Of a DNA stretch of 64,000 bases, positions 50,518 to 60,822 are shown piece after piece; the first letter of the stretch is position 1, and every line of letters starts with the position of its first letter. Location: assembly GCA_964538765.1 (NCBI GenBank), contig CAZIHS010000002.1, forward strand, positions 1,327 to 65,326, in the 5' to 3' direction. Below the pieces are notes generated by a model. It made no database searches and was not told where the DNA came from. It saw only the letters and a list, made by a program, of their open reading frames with translations. The DNA comes from an uncultured Gammaproteobacteria bacterium. GTDB taxonomy: Bacteria; Patescibacteriota; Microgenomatia; UBA12405. The position numbers were made by a program, and so were the translations under genes.

Positions 50518-51590
50518 AAAAACCAAAAAATATCGCCATTGATATTAGTCCACTTCAAGACTCCAACTCAAAAAGGGGAGTCGGCTTTTATACCCGACTA
50601 CTTATAGACTCTCTTCATACTGAAATTAAGTTAAATCCAGATTTTTCCCGATTTAAAATATCGCTGGTTACAAACAATATTTTTCCGGCCAAAACAAGTT
50701 TAATCCATTACCCGTTTTTCAATCCTTTCCAAAAAACATTACCGGCCAAAACATATTGCCCCACCATAGTTACAATTCACGACCTGATCCCAAGACAACT
50801 TAAAAAATATTATCCGGTTGGCCTAAAAGGAGAAATTAATTGGCTTTTCCAAAAACACCGCCTAAAAAACATTGACTATATTATCACCGATTCTCACACT
50901 TCTAAATATGAAATTCATCGCCACACCGGCTATCCTCTGGACCGCATGTATGTTATCTATCTGGCCGCGGCCGACTACATTAAACCCGTAAAAAACACGG
51001 CGATTCTAAAAAAAATACAAAAAAAGTATCACCTTCCCGATAAATTTGTACTCTACGTTGGCGATATTAATTACAATAAAAATATCCCCCTGCTGGTTAA
51101 CACCTGTCTCGATCTCAAGTATCCTTTAGTAATTATCGGTGACTCAGCCAAAAGTCAAGATGTTCCCACGCACCCCTGGACCAAAGACCTCCTCTGGCTT
51201 CAGTCCAAAGCCAAAACTACCCCTGCCAGCCAGCTGATTTTAACCGGTTTTGTTCCAGACTCTGAAATATCGGCCATCTATTCGCTTGCCACTATCTATT
51301 GCCAACCGTCTTTTGCTGAGGGTTTTGGGCTTCCTTTAGTTGAAGCCATGCAGGCCGGCTGTCCAACCGTTTACAGCTCGGAATCGTGTTTAGAAGAAAT
51401 TAGCCAAAATTCAGGCATATCGTTTTCGCCCTACTCTGCCCAAGAGCTATCGTTAGCTCTAAAACAAATTTGGACATCTCCACTTATAGCCAACAAACTA
51501 ATAAAACTTGGTCTTAAAAGAGCCAAATACTTCAGTTGGTCATTCACCGCCAAACAAACACTTTCTGTTTATCAACTCGCCCTACTATAA
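50496..51590 (+). CDS. GT4 (GT-B fold) glycosyltransferase
   Basis: 'FAEGFGLPLVEAMQAGCPTV' is the E-x7-E region of the GT4 family. Confidence 0.8.
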   Translation: MGTVQNIKKPKNIAIDISPLQDSNSKRGVGFYTRLLIDSLHTEIKLNPDFSRFKISLVTNNIFPAKTSLIHYPFFNPFQKTLPAKTYCPTIVTIHDLIPRQLKKYYPVGLKGEINWLFQKHRLKNIDYIITDSHTSKYEIHRHTGYPLDRMYVIYLAAADYIKPVKNTAILKKIQKKYHLPDKFVLYVGDINYNKNIPLLVNTCLDLKYPLVIIGDSAKSQDVPTHPWTKDLLWLQSKAKTTPASQLILTGFVPDSEISAIYSLATIYCQPSFAEGFGLPLVEAMQAGCPTVYSSESCLEEISQNSGISFSPYSAQELSLALKQIWTSPLIANKLIKLGLKRAKYFSWSFTAKQTLSVYQLALL

Positions 51591-52394
51591 ATGCCACCGA
51601 CAAAACATTTTTTATCGGTAATTATTCCTGTTTACAAACAGGAAAAAACAATTTCCAAAGATGTCGAAAACATCACCAGTACCTTAAACAACATTCGCTA
51701 TCCTTACGAAGTAATCGCGGTAGTTGATGGCACTTCAGCCGATAATTCCTACAATATTCTTAAAAAACTAAAACTGCCAAACCTAAAAGTATATGGCTAT
51801 CAAACAAACCATGGTAAAGGTTACGCCATCCGCTTTGGCATGGCCAAAACAAAAGGGGATTATATTGCCTTTATTGACTCGGGGATGGAAATAGACCCAA
51901 ATGGCATTTCGCTTTTAATAGAACACCTGGAATGGTATCAGGCCGATATAATTGTCGGTTCAAAACACCATCCCGCCTCAAAGGTTCACTACCCTTTTTT
52001 CCGTCAGCTACTTAGCTATATCTCCTGGCTCTACTCAAAGATATTTCTCGGAATAAACGTTAGAGACACCCAGGCGGGACTAAAACTTTTTCGGCGGCCG
52101 GTTTTAGTCACCATCCTGCCCAGGCTTCTAATCAAAAGTTTTGCCTTCGATATGGAAATATTATCTGTTGCTTCTCGGCTTGGTTATAATCGAATTTACG
52201 AGGCACCGATAAAACTTACCTACGTTTTCGAGGGTCTTCATCTCAACGGACGTTTTTACCACACATTGTTTAAAATAGGGCTAGATTCGCTGGCAATTTT
52301 TTATCGACTGCGTCTCCTGAAATACTATGACGACCGAAACCATCGTCGCTGGCGGTATGACCCCGAGCTTAGAATGAGAATAAACATTGGGTAA
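51591..52394 (+). CDS. GT2 polyprenyl-phosphate sugar synthase-like glycosyltransferase
   Basis: 'LSVIIPVYKQEKTI', 'VIAVVDGTSADNS' and 'IAFIDSGMEID' are DPM1/GtrB-like motifs. Confidence 0.75.
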   Translation: MPPTKHFLSVIIPVYKQEKTISKDVENITSTLNNIRYPYEVIAVVDGTSADNSYNILKKLKLPNLKVYGYQTNHGKGYAIRFGMAKTKGDYIAFIDSGMEIDPNGISLLIEHLEWYQADIIVGSKHHPASKVHYPFFRQLLSYISWLYSKIFLGINVRDTQAGLKLFRRPVLVTILPRLLIKSFAFDMEILSVASRLGYNRIYEAPIKLTYVFEGLHLNGRFYHTLFKIGLDSLAIFYRLRLLKYYDDRNHRRWRYDPELRMRINIG

Positions 52395-52398
52395 ACTT

Positions 52399-53412
52399 AT
52401 GAATAACCGCCTATTATTTTCTATAATTATTCCTGTTCGTATTGAAAACAGCTACCTTAAGGAAACCATTAAACACCTAAACAACCAAAGTGAAAAAAGC
52501 TTTGAGTTATTGGTAATAACCGATAAGCTGGCGTCTTTATTATCACTCAGTTCAAAATATAATATAGGACCATCGGCCAAACGCAACCTTGGAGCTAAAA
52601 TCGCCAAAGGAAAATACCTGGCCTTTATCGACGACGACTCCTACCCAAACCAGAATTGGTTAAAAAACGCCCTTATCCACCTAAACTCAGCCGCCGATAT
52701 TTCAGCAGTGTGTGGACCATCTCTCACCCCACCCTCCGACAATGTCTATCAACAGGCCTCTGGCCTCGTCTGGTCGTCCTGGTTTGGAGCAGGTGGCGCC
52801 GGGATATATCGAAATCGTATTAGCAAACCACGTTTTGTTGATGATTTTCCCTCAGTAAACTTAATTGTAAACAAGGCCGATTTCGACAAAATCGGTGGTT
52901 TCAACGAAAAATATTGGCCAGGTGAAGACACCCTTCTTTGTTTATCCATAGTTAACAGTTTAAATAAAAAAATCTATTATCATCCCTCAATCGTTGTATA
53001 CCATCATCGCCGCCAGGTCATTATTCCCCATCTTCAGCAAATCCGCCGCTACGCTATTCATCGCGGTTATTTTGCTAAAAAATACCCAAAAAACAGCCTG
53101 AAAATAGGGTATATAACTCCCTCAATATTTGTTATCTACCTGCTTCTAATCCTACCTATTTTATATCTTTTTCCCGCATTTCGCCTCCCAATTTTAATGC
53201 CCCTTGCAACCTACATAATTATACTGATATCCAACTTTGTCTACTCACTGCACCAGAATCGTAATCTGCCTTTATCTATCTATTTTGTGATCTCACTTCC
53301 GCTTACTCATATTTACTATGGAATCTTTTTTCCACTGGGTTACTTCAGTTCCGACCTGTCTTTAAAACTTCACAAAGTTAACACTAAAACCGGAAACTAT
53401 CTTGGCGGTTGA
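52399..53412 (+). CDS. GT2 glycosyltransferase with C-terminal transmembrane domain
   Basis: 'FSIIIPVRIENSYL' and 'FIDDDSYP' GT2 motifs, plus 3-4 C-terminal TM helices. The start was set at the ATG at 52399 (no overlap); a TTG at 52387 is also possible. Confidence 0.7.
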   Translation: MNNRLLFSIIIPVRIENSYLKETIKHLNNQSEKSFELLVITDKLASLLSLSSKYNIGPSAKRNLGAKIAKGKYLAFIDDDSYPNQNWLKNALIHLNSAADISAVCGPSLTPPSDNVYQQASGLVWSSWFGAGGAGIYRNRISKPRFVDDFPSVNLIVNKADFDKIGGFNEKYWPGEDTLLCLSIVNSLNKKIYYHPSIVVYHHRRQVIIPHLQQIRRYAIHRGYFAKKYPKNSLKIGYITPSIFVIYLLLILPILYLFPAFRLPILMPLATYIIILISNFVYSLHQNRNLPLSIYFVISLPLTHIYYGIFFPLGYFSSDLSLKLHKVNTKTGNYLGG

Positions 53413-53448
53413 TTTTTATACTCCTACTATATTAGTATTAGTTATCAG

Positions 53449-54981
53449 ATGAGCAAAACAAAACCCACAATTTCCATTTCCTATCCTCCACTTTCAAATC
53501 AAAAAGGCCAGCCTTTTCTATCCCAAAATCGGCAGTTTCAATGGACCAACACTGGAAATGTAATTTACCCCGTTATTCCCGCCTACGGCGCCTCACTGTT
53601 AAAACAATCCGGCTACCAGGTGTTTTGGGACGATGCAATCTCAGAAAAAATTTCCTACTCCGATTGGCTGTCCCGTCTTAAAGACCGTAAACCAGAAGTA
53701 ATTTTTTTTGAAGCCAAAACTCCCACCATCAAAACACATTGGAAAATAATAAATGAAATAAAGGATCTAAACTTGACATCATGGAAACCCGTCATTGTGT
53801 TAATGGGAGATCACGTTACCGCTCTTCCGGCCGAATCCTTAAAACAATCAAAAGTTGATTTTGTCATAACCGGAGGAGATTACGATTTTATGATGCACAA
53901 CCTGGTTTCACATCTCTTCCTTTCCCAAAAACTTGAACCGGGTTTTTACTATAAAAGTAAAAGTCAAAACGGCAAGCACAAGATCGTCAATACCGGCCCT
54001 TTTGCCCTCAAACATCACCAACTTGACAGTCTTCCGTTTATCGACCGGAAACTGACCCGATGGGAATTATACGCCTACGACAATACAAACTATAAATACA
54101 CGCCAGGAACATATTTAATGTCGGGGCGGGATTGCTGGTGGGGAAAGTGTACTTTTTGCTCATGGACCACCACCCACCCGGCAGGGACATTCCGCTTTTT
54201 CTCCCCAAAAAGACTTCTGGATGAAATTGACAAAATATCCGCCGAATACGGAGTCAAAGAAATTTTCGATGATGCCGGAACACTTCCGATAGGTCCATGG
54301 CTTTCTCAATTCTGCCAGGGACTCATAAGCCGGGGTCTGAACAAAAAACTACGCTATGGATGCAACATGCGTTTTTCGGCGTTAAACCAATCACAATATT
54401 ACCAAATGGGCCAGGCTGGCTTCCGGTTTATTCTCTATGGTCTTGAGTCAAATAACCAAAGTACATTAGACAAAATCAAAAAAAACACCAAAGTAGAAGA
54501 GGCAAGAAAAACATTAATAATGGCAAAAAAGGCCAATTTAGAGCCGCACCTGACTATTATGATTGGCTACCCCTGGGAAACCATAAATGACGCCACCAAC
54601 ACTTTAAACGAGGCTCGCCGGCTATTTCTTGATGGTTTGGCCGACACCATGCAAGCCACCCGGATAATTCCTTATCCCGGCACGCCGCTATTCGAACAAT
54701 GCCGAAAAAACGGTTGGCTTCTTACCGAAAACTGGGATGATTACGATATGCGCCAGCCAGTAATGAAGTCACCCATCAGTCACCTGGATCAAGAAAAGCT
54801 CATCCAGGATTTATTCAAAGGGATACTAACCCCAAAGTTTATTTATCGAAAAATATCAACCATCAGGAATCTAGACGACATAGTTTTCCTTTCCCGCTAC
54901 GCCATCAAATACCTTAAAAAGTTATCAGACTTCAGCATTAACAATGCCAAATCTCAAATCAAAACTCCAAAACTTCAATAA
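53449..54981 (+). CDS. B12-binding-domain radical SAM enzyme (class-B-like)
   Basis: N-terminal Rossmann-like B12-binding region ('VIVLMGDHVTALP...DFVITGGDYDF') followed by the cysteine triad 'CWWGKCTFC', which has CX4CX2C spacing. Confidence 0.7.
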   Translation: MSKTKPTISISYPPLSNQKGQPFLSQNRQFQWTNTGNVIYPVIPAYGASLLKQSGYQVFWDDAISEKISYSDWLSRLKDRKPEVIFFEAKTPTIKTHWKIINEIKDLNLTSWKPVIVLMGDHVTALPAESLKQSKVDFVITGGDYDFMMHNLVSHLFLSQKLEPGFYYKSKSQNGKHKIVNTGPFALKHHQLDSLPFIDRKLTRWELYAYDNTNYKYTPGTYLMSGRDCWWGKCTFCSWTTTHPAGTFRFFSPKRLLDEIDKISAEYGVKEIFDDAGTLPIGPWLSQFCQGLISRGLNKKLRYGCNMRFSALNQSQYYQMGQAGFRFILYGLESNNQSTLDKIKKNTKVEEARKTLIMAKKANLEPHLTIMIGYPWETINDATNTLNEARRLFLDGLADTMQATRIIPYPGTPLFEQCRKNGWLLTENWDDYDMRQPVMKSPISHLDQEKLIQDLFKGILTPKFIYRKISTIRNLDDIVFLSRYAIKYLKKLSDFSINNAKSQIKTPKLQ

Positions 54982-55615
54982 CTACCGATATGGCTACCAA
55001 AACACTGCCATAAACAACCGTCTTGCTATCATAAAAGACCTTATCGATCCAAACGGTTACCTTCTTGATTTAGGTTGCGGCCGCGGTCACTTCCTAAAAT
55101 ACCTTGGACCCCAATATCGCTCGTTAGGCTATGACATTTCGACAACATCCATCAAACATTGCCTTTCTAAAAAAATAAATGCCAAGGTTGTTAACCTTGA
55201 AGAATCTTTTCCCGACAGCGCTAACACCTTTGATACCATCGTAGCAGGAGAAATTATTGAACACATTTTTGATACAGATAGTTTTCTCTCAGAAATTAAA
55301 AGAGTTCTAAAACCAAACGGTTCATTAATTCTATCTACCCCAAACCTGGCCTCTTTAGGCCGCCGACTACTTCTTATGATTGGCCGTAACCCATTGATTG
55401 AAGATAGTCTTGGTCCTCAAAATGCCGGCCACGTCCGATATTTCACCTTTCCACTCTTAAAACAGCTTCTAACCCGTCATGGTTTTGAAATTGAAATACA
55501 CAAAACCGACCAGATCAACTTTGATAACCAAGGCCGGCACTTTTCTACCTTCCTTTCTAATCTTTTTCCAAAATTAGGAGCCTCAATTATTCTAAAATGC
55601 AAAAACACAAAGTAA
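54944..55615 (+). CDS. Class I SAM-dependent methyltransferase
   Basis: 'LLDLGCGRGHF' motif I and 'LKPNGSLILSTPN'. Architecture is like the gene at 11065. Confidence 0.75.
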   Translation: MPNLKSKLQNFNNYRYGYQNTAINNRLAIIKDLIDPNGYLLDLGCGRGHFLKYLGPQYRSLGYDISTTSIKHCLSKKINAKVVNLEESFPDSANTFDTIVAGEIIEHIFDTDSFLSEIKRVLKPNGSLILSTPNLASLGRRLLLMIGRNPLIEDSLGPQNAGHVRYFTFPLLKQLLTRHGFEIEIHKTDQINFDNQGRHFSTFLSNLFPKLGASIILKCKNTK

Positions 55616-56613
55616 ATACGGTTTCCTTCTGCATTCCAACATATAACGCCGGCAAAGTTTTGGAACCGTGCCTTAATTCTATTCGTTCGCAAAAATATGA
55701 TCAATCAAAAATTGAAATAATAATAATAGACGCGGGTTCAACCGATAATACTCTGAATATTGCGCACCAATTTAACGCCCTCATATTTTCAAATCCTCTA
55801 AAAACCGGGGAAGCTGGTAAATCAATCGGCATCTCAAAAGCTAAGGGTGAATATATTGCTCTAATAGACTCAGACAACATACTTCCACACCGGTTATGGT
55901 TGCGAAGTATGATCAGACCCTTAATCAATGGCTCTAAAATAGTTGGAAGTGAACCAAAATATTTTACATATCGTCCAAAAGCCGGCTTCATTGAGCGTTA
56001 CTCGTCACTGCTTGGAGCCAACGATCCATACGCCTTCTTTTGCGGGCTATATGACCGGTATTCATATTTAACCAAACGCTGGACAAACCTGCCGCTAAAC
56101 ATAAAAGTTAAAAATAAATATTCCCAAATCTTAATTAAACCCGGCCAATCCATACCAACTATCGGGGCAAATGGAACTATATTTAGAAGCCGGTTTTTAA
56201 AAAAATACCACCAAGGAAGCTATTACTTCGACATCGATATCATCAACCGCGCCCTAACTCAACTTTCAAAGCCAATCTACTTTTCCAAAACAAACCAGTC
56301 AATTATCCACACCTATTGCGAAAACTCAATTGCCAAATTTTATATCAAGCAAACACGACGGGTTAATGACTATTTATTTTACCTTCCTCTAAGATCATTT
56401 GACTGGAAAAAAGCCAACTCCATTTCAATGTATATTTTCCCTCTCTATTCAATTAGCCTCATATTCCCGCTCTACCACTCTATAAAAGGATATCTTTCAA
56501 AACCCGATTTGGCCTGGTTTTTTCACCCAATAGCTTGTTTAATTACCTCCTTCGTCTATATTAAAGGCTACCTGTTTCGTCATCCCACTGACAGGTCAAC
56601 ATGGCATCAATAA
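55597..56613 (+). CDS. GT2 glycosyltransferase
   Basis: 'VSFCIPTYNAGKVL', 'IIIDAGSTDNT' and 'ALIDSDN' are GT2 motifs. Confidence 0.75.
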   Translation: MQKHKVNTVSFCIPTYNAGKVLEPCLNSIRSQKYDQSKIEIIIIDAGSTDNTLNIAHQFNALIFSNPLKTGEAGKSIGISKAKGEYIALIDSDNILPHRLWLRSMIRPLINGSKIVGSEPKYFTYRPKAGFIERYSSLLGANDPYAFFCGLYDRYSYLTKRWTNLPLNIKVKNKYSQILIKPGQSIPTIGANGTIFRSRFLKKYHQGSYYFDIDIINRALTQLSKPIYFSKTNQSIIHTYCENSIAKFYIKQTRRVNDYLFYLPLRSFDWKKANSISMYIFPLYSISLIFPLYHSIKGYLSKPDLAWFFHPIACLITSFVYIKGYLFRHPTDRSTWHQ

Positions 56614-57608
56614 AAAATAAAACCAACGTCAGCATTCTTATTCCAACCTATAACGGCGCGGCCTTCATAAAAAATACTCTTCAATCAATTTTCAATCAAA
56701 CATATCCTCACTATGAAATAATAATTTGTGACGATGCCTCAACCGACGAAACAATAAAAATAATAGAAAGCATATCCAATCCGAAAATAAGAGTTTATCG
56801 TCACAGCACAAATCTTGGATATCCCGGTAATCTCGAACGGGGTCGTCAATATTGCCGTTTACCATATCTTTACTTAGTCGGCCAGGACGATATACTCTCC
56901 CGAAACGCCCTCGAGTTAACCATCAAAGCTTTTTTCGAAAACCCAGAAATTGGAGCTGCTTCCAGACACTACTATTGGTTCCATAAAAACCCCGAAAAGC
57001 CTGTCCGCGCCAAGAAAAAACTTAACAGCCAAATCACTGTAATCTCAACTAAAAGTAATAAACAAAATATTATTAGACTTTTTGACAGTCTCGACCAGCT
57101 TACCGGTCTTTGTTACAAAAGAGACTATATTAGAATTCCATTCCACCCCGACATCTTTCCCTGTCACATCTATCCTTTCGCCGATATTTTTATTAATCAC
57201 CCGGTAGCTTTCCTGCCAAATTACACCGTCGCTGTCAGAATCGCCAGTAGTCAAACCCGCCAGCTTTCCTCCATATATAACAAGTCGCCAATATTAAGCT
57301 GGTGTCAGATGATAGATCATATTTTTTCTCTACCAAAATACAAAAATATAAAAAATTACCTTGTAAAAGACTTTATCGCTACAAATTATGTTGGCCTAAT
57401 TCAAATACGCAACTACTCAACCTATAAAAATCTTTTCAGAGAAATATATTATCTGTTGCGTTTTCGCTGGCAAAATATAGTTTCTCCAGGGTTTTGGCTA
57501 TTTTCCTTGGGATCGGCAATTCTGCCTCCAAGTGTCCTGATACCACTTGTCGATTGGTATAAAGAAAATATCTACAGCCAAACCATCACCAACATCAAGC
57601 TTGACTAA
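56601..57608 (+). CDS. GT2 glycosyltransferase
   Basis: 'VSILIPTYNGAAFI', 'IICDDASTDET' and 'YLVGQDD' are GT2 motifs. Confidence 0.75.
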   Translation: MASIKNKTNVSILIPTYNGAAFIKNTLQSIFNQTYPHYEIIICDDASTDETIKIIESISNPKIRVYRHSTNLGYPGNLERGRQYCRLPYLYLVGQDDILSRNALELTIKAFFENPEIGAASRHYYWFHKNPEKPVRAKKKLNSQITVISTKSNKQNIIRLFDSLDQLTGLCYKRDYIRIPFHPDIFPCHIYPFADIFINHPVAFLPNYTVAVRIASSQTRQLSSIYNKSPILSWCQMIDHIFSLPKYKNIKNYLVKDFIATNYVGLIQIRNYSTYKNLFREIYYLLRFRWQNIVSPGFWLFSLGSAILPPSVLIPLVDWYKENIYSQTITNIKLD

Positions 57609-57652
57609 CAACAATATATGAATATTACACACTCTTAAGATAAAATACCTAA

Positions 57653-59311
57653 ATGATAGTACTAGGTCTAACTGCTCCAATTTCATGGAACCCCGCTGCC
57701 GCCATATTCAAAGATCAAAAACTTTTGGCTGCGGTTGAAGAGGAGCGGTTTCTTGGCTTGAAACATGCCCCTCGCCTCCTGCCTCTTAAATCAATTGATT
57801 ATTGTCTTATATCAAGCAAAATTAATGCCCAAGATGTCGACGCAATCGTTTTTGGCTATCGTCAACCGCTTGACTACTATCTTCGTTCACTAATTGAAAA
57901 TTTTAAATATAAAGACCTCAAAAGAGCCGCTCGGGAAGCGGGGGCTTTTGCTGAATACTATGTTGGGTTAATCCGCCTTTACGATTGGCTGAAAATTAGA
58001 GGATTCAAGCTGGAAGGCGATAATCCTGTCAAAATTAAATTTTACCCCCATCACCTGGCTCATGCCGCCTCAGCCTTTCGATGCTCTGGCTTCAAATCGG
58101 CCAATACTATCACCCTTGATGGTCAGGGAGAAGATGATTCGGGGTCAGTATGGTACTCCAGCAACCGTAATCTAAAACTTCTAACTAAAATATCAAGCCA
58201 TCAAAGCCTAGGCTGGCTATATAGCGACACCACCGACATTCTCGGGTTCAAAGTTCACAGTCACGAAGGAAAAACTATGGGTTTATCCGCCTGGGGGAAA
58301 AAAAACCTTAAATTGGGCGATTTATTTTCGATTACACCCCAAGGGTATGTTTTAAAACACAACTGGAACAACAAACTATGGCAGCGTTTTGGTCCAAGAC
58401 GTGACAAAAACACTCCACTGTCCAACACCAACCGAAATTTAGCCCTGACAATTCAAACTTTTACCCAGGAGGCCGGCGTTTCTCTGGCCAAAAATGTCTT
58501 TTCCAAAACCAGGAACGGAAACTTTTGCCTTTCCGGTGGAGTGGCCTTAAATTGCGATATGAACTCTCACATATGGCTCCAGGATTTTATTGAAAATATC
58601 TACATTCAACCTGCCTCAAACGATGCCGGAACGGCCATAGGTGCCGCGCTGGAGTTTTTAAACGAGTCTGGATTAAACTCCGACTTTACAATGGATCACC
58701 CCTATTGGGGCCCAGAATATCAAAATGACGAAATTGAAAACTACTTAAAAGAATCAAAGATAAACTATCAAAAAGTCAGAGATATAGAAAAGGTAGTTTC
58801 TAAAAAATTGTCTCAGGGAAAAATTGTTGGCTGGTTTCAAGGCAGATTAGAAATTGGCCCCCGAGCTCTCGGCAACCGTTCAATTCTTGGCCATCCAGGA
58901 CTAAAAGGCATGAAAGACAAAATTAACCGTGAAGTAAAACACCGGGAAACATGGAGACCGTTTGCCCCGTCAGTACTGCACGAAGCTGGCCCTGATTACT
59001 TCCAAAAATACTGTTTCCATCCATTTATGGTTCTTGGTTTTAATACAAACAAAAAAGCCCAAAAAGATCTTTCACAGGCCATTCACATCGACAACACTGC
59101 ACGCATTCAAAGCGTCACTTCCGCTACCAACCCGAGGTACTATCGTTTAATTAAAAACTTTGCCTCAATCACTGGCATTCCTGCCCTTCTAAACACCTCT
59201 TTCAACGATGCCGAACAACCCCTCGTTCTTTCACCCAAAGAAGCAATCAAAACTTATTTTGGCACCGGGCTTGATTTATTAGCCATCGGCGATTTTATTT
59301 TGGAAAAATAA
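57653..59311 (+). CDS. Carbamoyltransferase, NodU/CmcH/TobZ family
   Basis: N-terminus 'MIVLGLTAPISWNPAAAIFKDQKLLAAVEEERF' and a later 'YPHHLAHAASAF' His motif are typical of O-carbamoyltransferases. Confidence 0.75.
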   Translation: MIVLGLTAPISWNPAAAIFKDQKLLAAVEEERFLGLKHAPRLLPLKSIDYCLISSKINAQDVDAIVFGYRQPLDYYLRSLIENFKYKDLKRAAREAGAFAEYYVGLIRLYDWLKIRGFKLEGDNPVKIKFYPHHLAHAASAFRCSGFKSANTITLDGQGEDDSGSVWYSSNRNLKLLTKISSHQSLGWLYSDTTDILGFKVHSHEGKTMGLSAWGKKNLKLGDLFSITPQGYVLKHNWNNKLWQRFGPRRDKNTPLSNTNRNLALTIQTFTQEAGVSLAKNVFSKTRNGNFCLSGGVALNCDMNSHIWLQDFIENIYIQPASNDAGTAIGAALEFLNESGLNSDFTMDHPYWGPEYQNDEIENYLKESKINYQKVRDIEKVVSKKLSQGKIVGWFQGRLEIGPRALGNRSILGHPGLKGMKDKINREVKHRETWRPFAPSVLHEAGPDYFQKYCFHPFMVLGFNTNKKAQKDLSQAIHIDNTARIQSVTSATNPRYYRLIKNFASITGIPALLNTSFNDAEQPLVLSPKEAIKTYFGTGLDLLAIGDFILEK

Positions 59312-60822
59312 TGAAAATTGTTTTTGTCGGTATTGCTGTCGAAAGCCTCGCCATTGAATTTCTAAGCAGCTATCTAAAAGAACGTGGGCATGACGTTCAT
59401 CTGGTTTTTGACCCAAACAGTTTCTCTACCGAAGTTATAAATCAGCCGCTTTTAGCCAAATTTTTCGATACCAAAAACCCGATTGTCAATCAAATCAAAA
59501 AAATAAACCCAGACCTGATCGGATTTTCTGTTTTTACCCTAAACTATCAACGATCACTCACCCTTTCCCGGCTTATCAAAAGTCAACTACCCGACATTCC
59601 GATTATTTTTGGAGGAATCCATCCAACATCTGTCCCTGAAATAGTCATAAAAGAACCATCGGTAGATATGGTTTGTATTGGCGAGGGAGAAGAAGCCCTG
59701 GACGAATTACTTCAAAACCCCGAAAAAACCGGTATAAAAAATATCTGGTTTAAAAAAAATAACAAAATAATTAAAAATCCCTGTCGGCCATTAATCAAAA
59801 ATCTTGACACCCTGCCCTTTCCCGACAAAGACTTATACTGGAAAATCTACAAAGGGTTTTTCCGGGATTATTACACCATCAGCAGCCGGGGCTGTCCTTT
59901 CGCCTGCACTTATTGTGCAAATAATGTTATCCGCCGTATCTATCAAGGTCTAGGTCCACCCATCCGCCGTCGAAGCCCAGAAAACATTGTCGAGGAGCTG
60001 TCTCTTGCCAAAAAAAAATATCACCTAAAGCTAGTAACTTTTGTTGATGACGTATTCGTTCAGGATTTGGGGTGGTTAAAAGAATTTGCCAAGTTATACA
60101 AAAAAAACGTCAACCTTCCCTATGCCATGCTAACCCACCCAAAATTTATAAACAAGGAAATAGCCAAAACTCTGGTTAAATCAGGTTGCTATTTCCTGCT
60201 TTTTGGAATCCAATCAGCCTCGGAAAAAATTCGCACTTCAGTTTTAGAGCGATTTGAAACTAACGCCGAAATTGAAAATGCCGCCAAAAGCTGTCACCAG
60301 GCCGGCCTGCGTTTTTCAATCGACCACATCTTCAATATCCCCGGTGAAACAGTTACCGAGTATGTTCAGGCCATGAGATTTTACAATAAGCTTCGGCCCT
60401 CGGTTATCAATGCCTATTGGCTTCAATATTTTCCAAAAACTAAAATTATCGATCACGCTCTAAAGCTAGGAATTCTTACTCGAGAGGATGTTTTAAAAAT
60501 TGAAAATGGTCAGGCCTCTTCTTCTTTAGTTCTCGGCTTTGGCAACAAAGACAGCGTCAACCCCAATCAGATATATTCACACATCCAACTATTTTTTATG
60601 ATTCTGCCATTTCTTTCACAAAACATTACCAATAAAATAATTAACACTCGCTTCTATTTAAAACCGGTCAAAATACCAATGATCATTGCAGTATCAATAA
60701 AATTCCTACTTATTTTTATTAACAAACGGGCCGAGGTATACATAGGCATCATCAGAAGTATTATCTATTTTTCCTTTTACAGTCTCTGGTCAAAATTAGT
60801 TTATGGAAAAAGCCAAACCTAA
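59311..60822 (+). CDS. B12-binding-domain radical SAM enzyme (class-B-like)
   Basis: N-terminal B12-binding-like domain ('KIVFVGIAVE...IPIIFGGIHPTS...CIGEGE') plus the canonical 'GCPFACTYC' CX3CX2C triad. Confidence 0.75.
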   Translation: MKIVFVGIAVESLAIEFLSSYLKERGHDVHLVFDPNSFSTEVINQPLLAKFFDTKNPIVNQIKKINPDLIGFSVFTLNYQRSLTLSRLIKSQLPDIPIIFGGIHPTSVPEIVIKEPSVDMVCIGEGEEALDELLQNPEKTGIKNIWFKKNNKIIKNPCRPLIKNLDTLPFPDKDLYWKIYKGFFRDYYTISSRGCPFACTYCANNVIRRIYQGLGPPIRRRSPENIVEELSLAKKKYHLKLVTFVDDVFVQDLGWLKEFAKLYKKNVNLPYAMLTHPKFINKEIAKTLVKSGCYFLLFGIQSASEKIRTSVLERFETNAEIENAAKSCHQAGLRFSIDHIFNIPGETVTEYVQAMRFYNKLRPSVINAYWLQYFPKTKIIDHALKLGILTREDVLKIENGQASSSLVLGFGNKDSVNPNQIYSHIQLFFMILPFLSQNITNKIINTRFYLKPVKIPMIIAVSIKFLLIFINKRAEVYIGIIRSIIYFSFYSLWSKLVYGKSQT

